From Mobula hypostoma (lineage: Eukaryota): a stretch of 64,000 nt of DNA. Where the stretch lies: assembly GCF_963921235.1 (NCBI RefSeq), contig NC_086109.1:32862001-32926000 (forward strand), given 5' to 3'. The translations under genes and the position numbers were made by a program. Every line of letters starts with the position of its first letter. Position 1 is the stretch's first letter. Under the pieces are notes generated by a model. That model worked only from the letters and a program-made list of their open reading frames with translations. It did no database searches and had not been told where the DNA came from. Positions 62,670-64,000 of this stretch are shown here, in pieces.

Positions 62670-63249
62670 TGTAACCGTCAGGTTCTGTCAGCTGTGTAAG
62701 TCTAGGGAAGATAATCTCTGGGCGTGCCGAACAAGTGAGATTGAGATGAGGGTTCACCCCGAAACTGCCCTGTTTGTGTGGACACTGCGTGATTTGTTAC
62801 CCTGTTACAAATCAGTACCACGAAATAGCAGACAGAACACCACATACAATTAAGTGATCTGGCTTTATTATTCTTAATTTGACTACAGGGTTTGCGAAGA
62901 AAAAGCAAAAAAGGAAAGGGCCCATTTTAATGGAACAGTCCTAATATGCACAAGTTGGAGCTCACAGCTTCCCCTTCGCCGATCCTCCATCGAATTCTTC
63001 GGGCTTCGTCGACTCCTGGCCCCACTCCAAGTCTATCCTACGATCGCTCTTCACCTGTGTCTTCTCTCTGCATCTCCCGCCGAACAAAAGTCCCAGATCA
63101 CCTCGGTGTCAGGCACACACCACGAAAACATCCTCCCATCCTTGGACAGCTCACATTCGAAAGCACCCATTATCTCTAACCATTACCCAAACACTGCTTC
63201 TACGGAATGACCATTACATAAGCAGTGAAACCTTTCCCAAGGTGTTACA
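62670..63249 (-). mobile_element. Putative solo LTR
   Basis: TGTAAC...GTTACA terminal inverted hexamers, minus-strand AATAAA at about 62864, imperfect 4-bp flanks cacc/caca. Confidence 0.5.
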
Positions 63250-63734
63250 CACACAACATGAGGTTTTTTTTTAATGAAATGGCTGCTTGTACAGTATATT
63301 TGGGATTGATATTGTCTTCATAATTATTTTGCTCACTTGACTATTTTTCTTGTGCACTTTTCTCTGTTTTGTTGTCTCAGACATCTTCAGAACCCCTCCT
63401 CAACGTATATGCAAGCAGCACTGTAAAACTGGAGTAAGTAATAATACGGATTGCGTTATTGGAAGATCTTCCCTGGGTTATTCATCAAACAGAAGAGACT
63501 TTGTGCAACTGTTAAATAAATTATATACAGACCACAATTAATCTTTGGATTAGATATCAGATGTAAACCTTGTGCTGTGTTTTTTTTTGGAGAATAAAAT
63601 GTTCAGTATAATTGGCTGTACACTCGAAGCAAATATTTGCTCAGTATGCAAACGTTCCAGACTGATTGGAGACCATTCCTGATGCATTAACCAGGATCTG
63701 GCATCTATGGTGAGGGCTATTTTTGTGATTAGAA

Positions 63735-64000
63735 GCCTGTGACCAGTGGTGTTCCACAGGGTACAGTGCAAAGACTCTTGACATTTGTGATATACGTGAA
63801 TGATTTGGATCTGGATGAAGGTTACGTGATCAGTAATTTCAAAGGCAACATTAGACTTGGTGGAGATTTTGGCAATGTGGAGGGTAGTCTGAGGCTTCAG
63901 AGTGATGCTGATGAGTTGGTAAACTGGGCTGAGAAATGATAGATGGAGTGTAATTCTGATAAGTGTGAAGTGATGTATTATTAGAGTTTTAATGTGGCTA
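63735..64000 (+). mobile_element. Old CR1 RT fragment running off the window
   Basis: TSGVPQGTV...IYVNDLD...LQSDADELVNWAEK. Confidence 0.75.

Noticed and set aside
50300..64000. LMOD1 or ELF3 exons expected from mammalian synteny
   Set aside because: No recognisable coding sequence for either gene was found in the window.

Overview
Vertebrate genomic DNA, AT-rich and dense in repeats. The repeat content (CR1 with esterase ORF1, V-SINEs, Penelope, Rex1, Tc1, Tigger) suggests a cartilaginous fish, probably a ray; this is inference. Two host genes converge tail-to-tail. On + are the last 8 coding exons of aminopeptidase B (RNPEP, 1239-24210; its 5' exons lie upstream of the window). On - is the complete 6-exon TIMM17A gene (50053-33696, 166 aa) with a CpG-rich promoter. 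All exons were placed by hand from GT-AG boundaries and consistent reading phase. Most of the rest is transposon-derived. Main points of interest: (1) minimal type-I hammerhead ribozyme motifs in Penelope termini, including a tandem pair 724 nt apart; (2) two near-identical young CR1 copies forming a 2-kb inverted repeat around TIMM17A, one with an intact ORF2; (3) a full-length L1 nested in a CR1 inside the last RNPEP intron; (4) a MER2/Tigger3-like MITE and a second Tigger family carrying the same internal passenger segment; (5) a ~46-bp tandem repeat in TIMM17A intron 1 that multiplies ERR-type AAGGTCA sites; (6) intronic inverted duplications and an unexplained cluster of evenly spaced palindromes. 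No database searches were run. Family names come from recognised motifs, and boundaries of old repeats are approximate.
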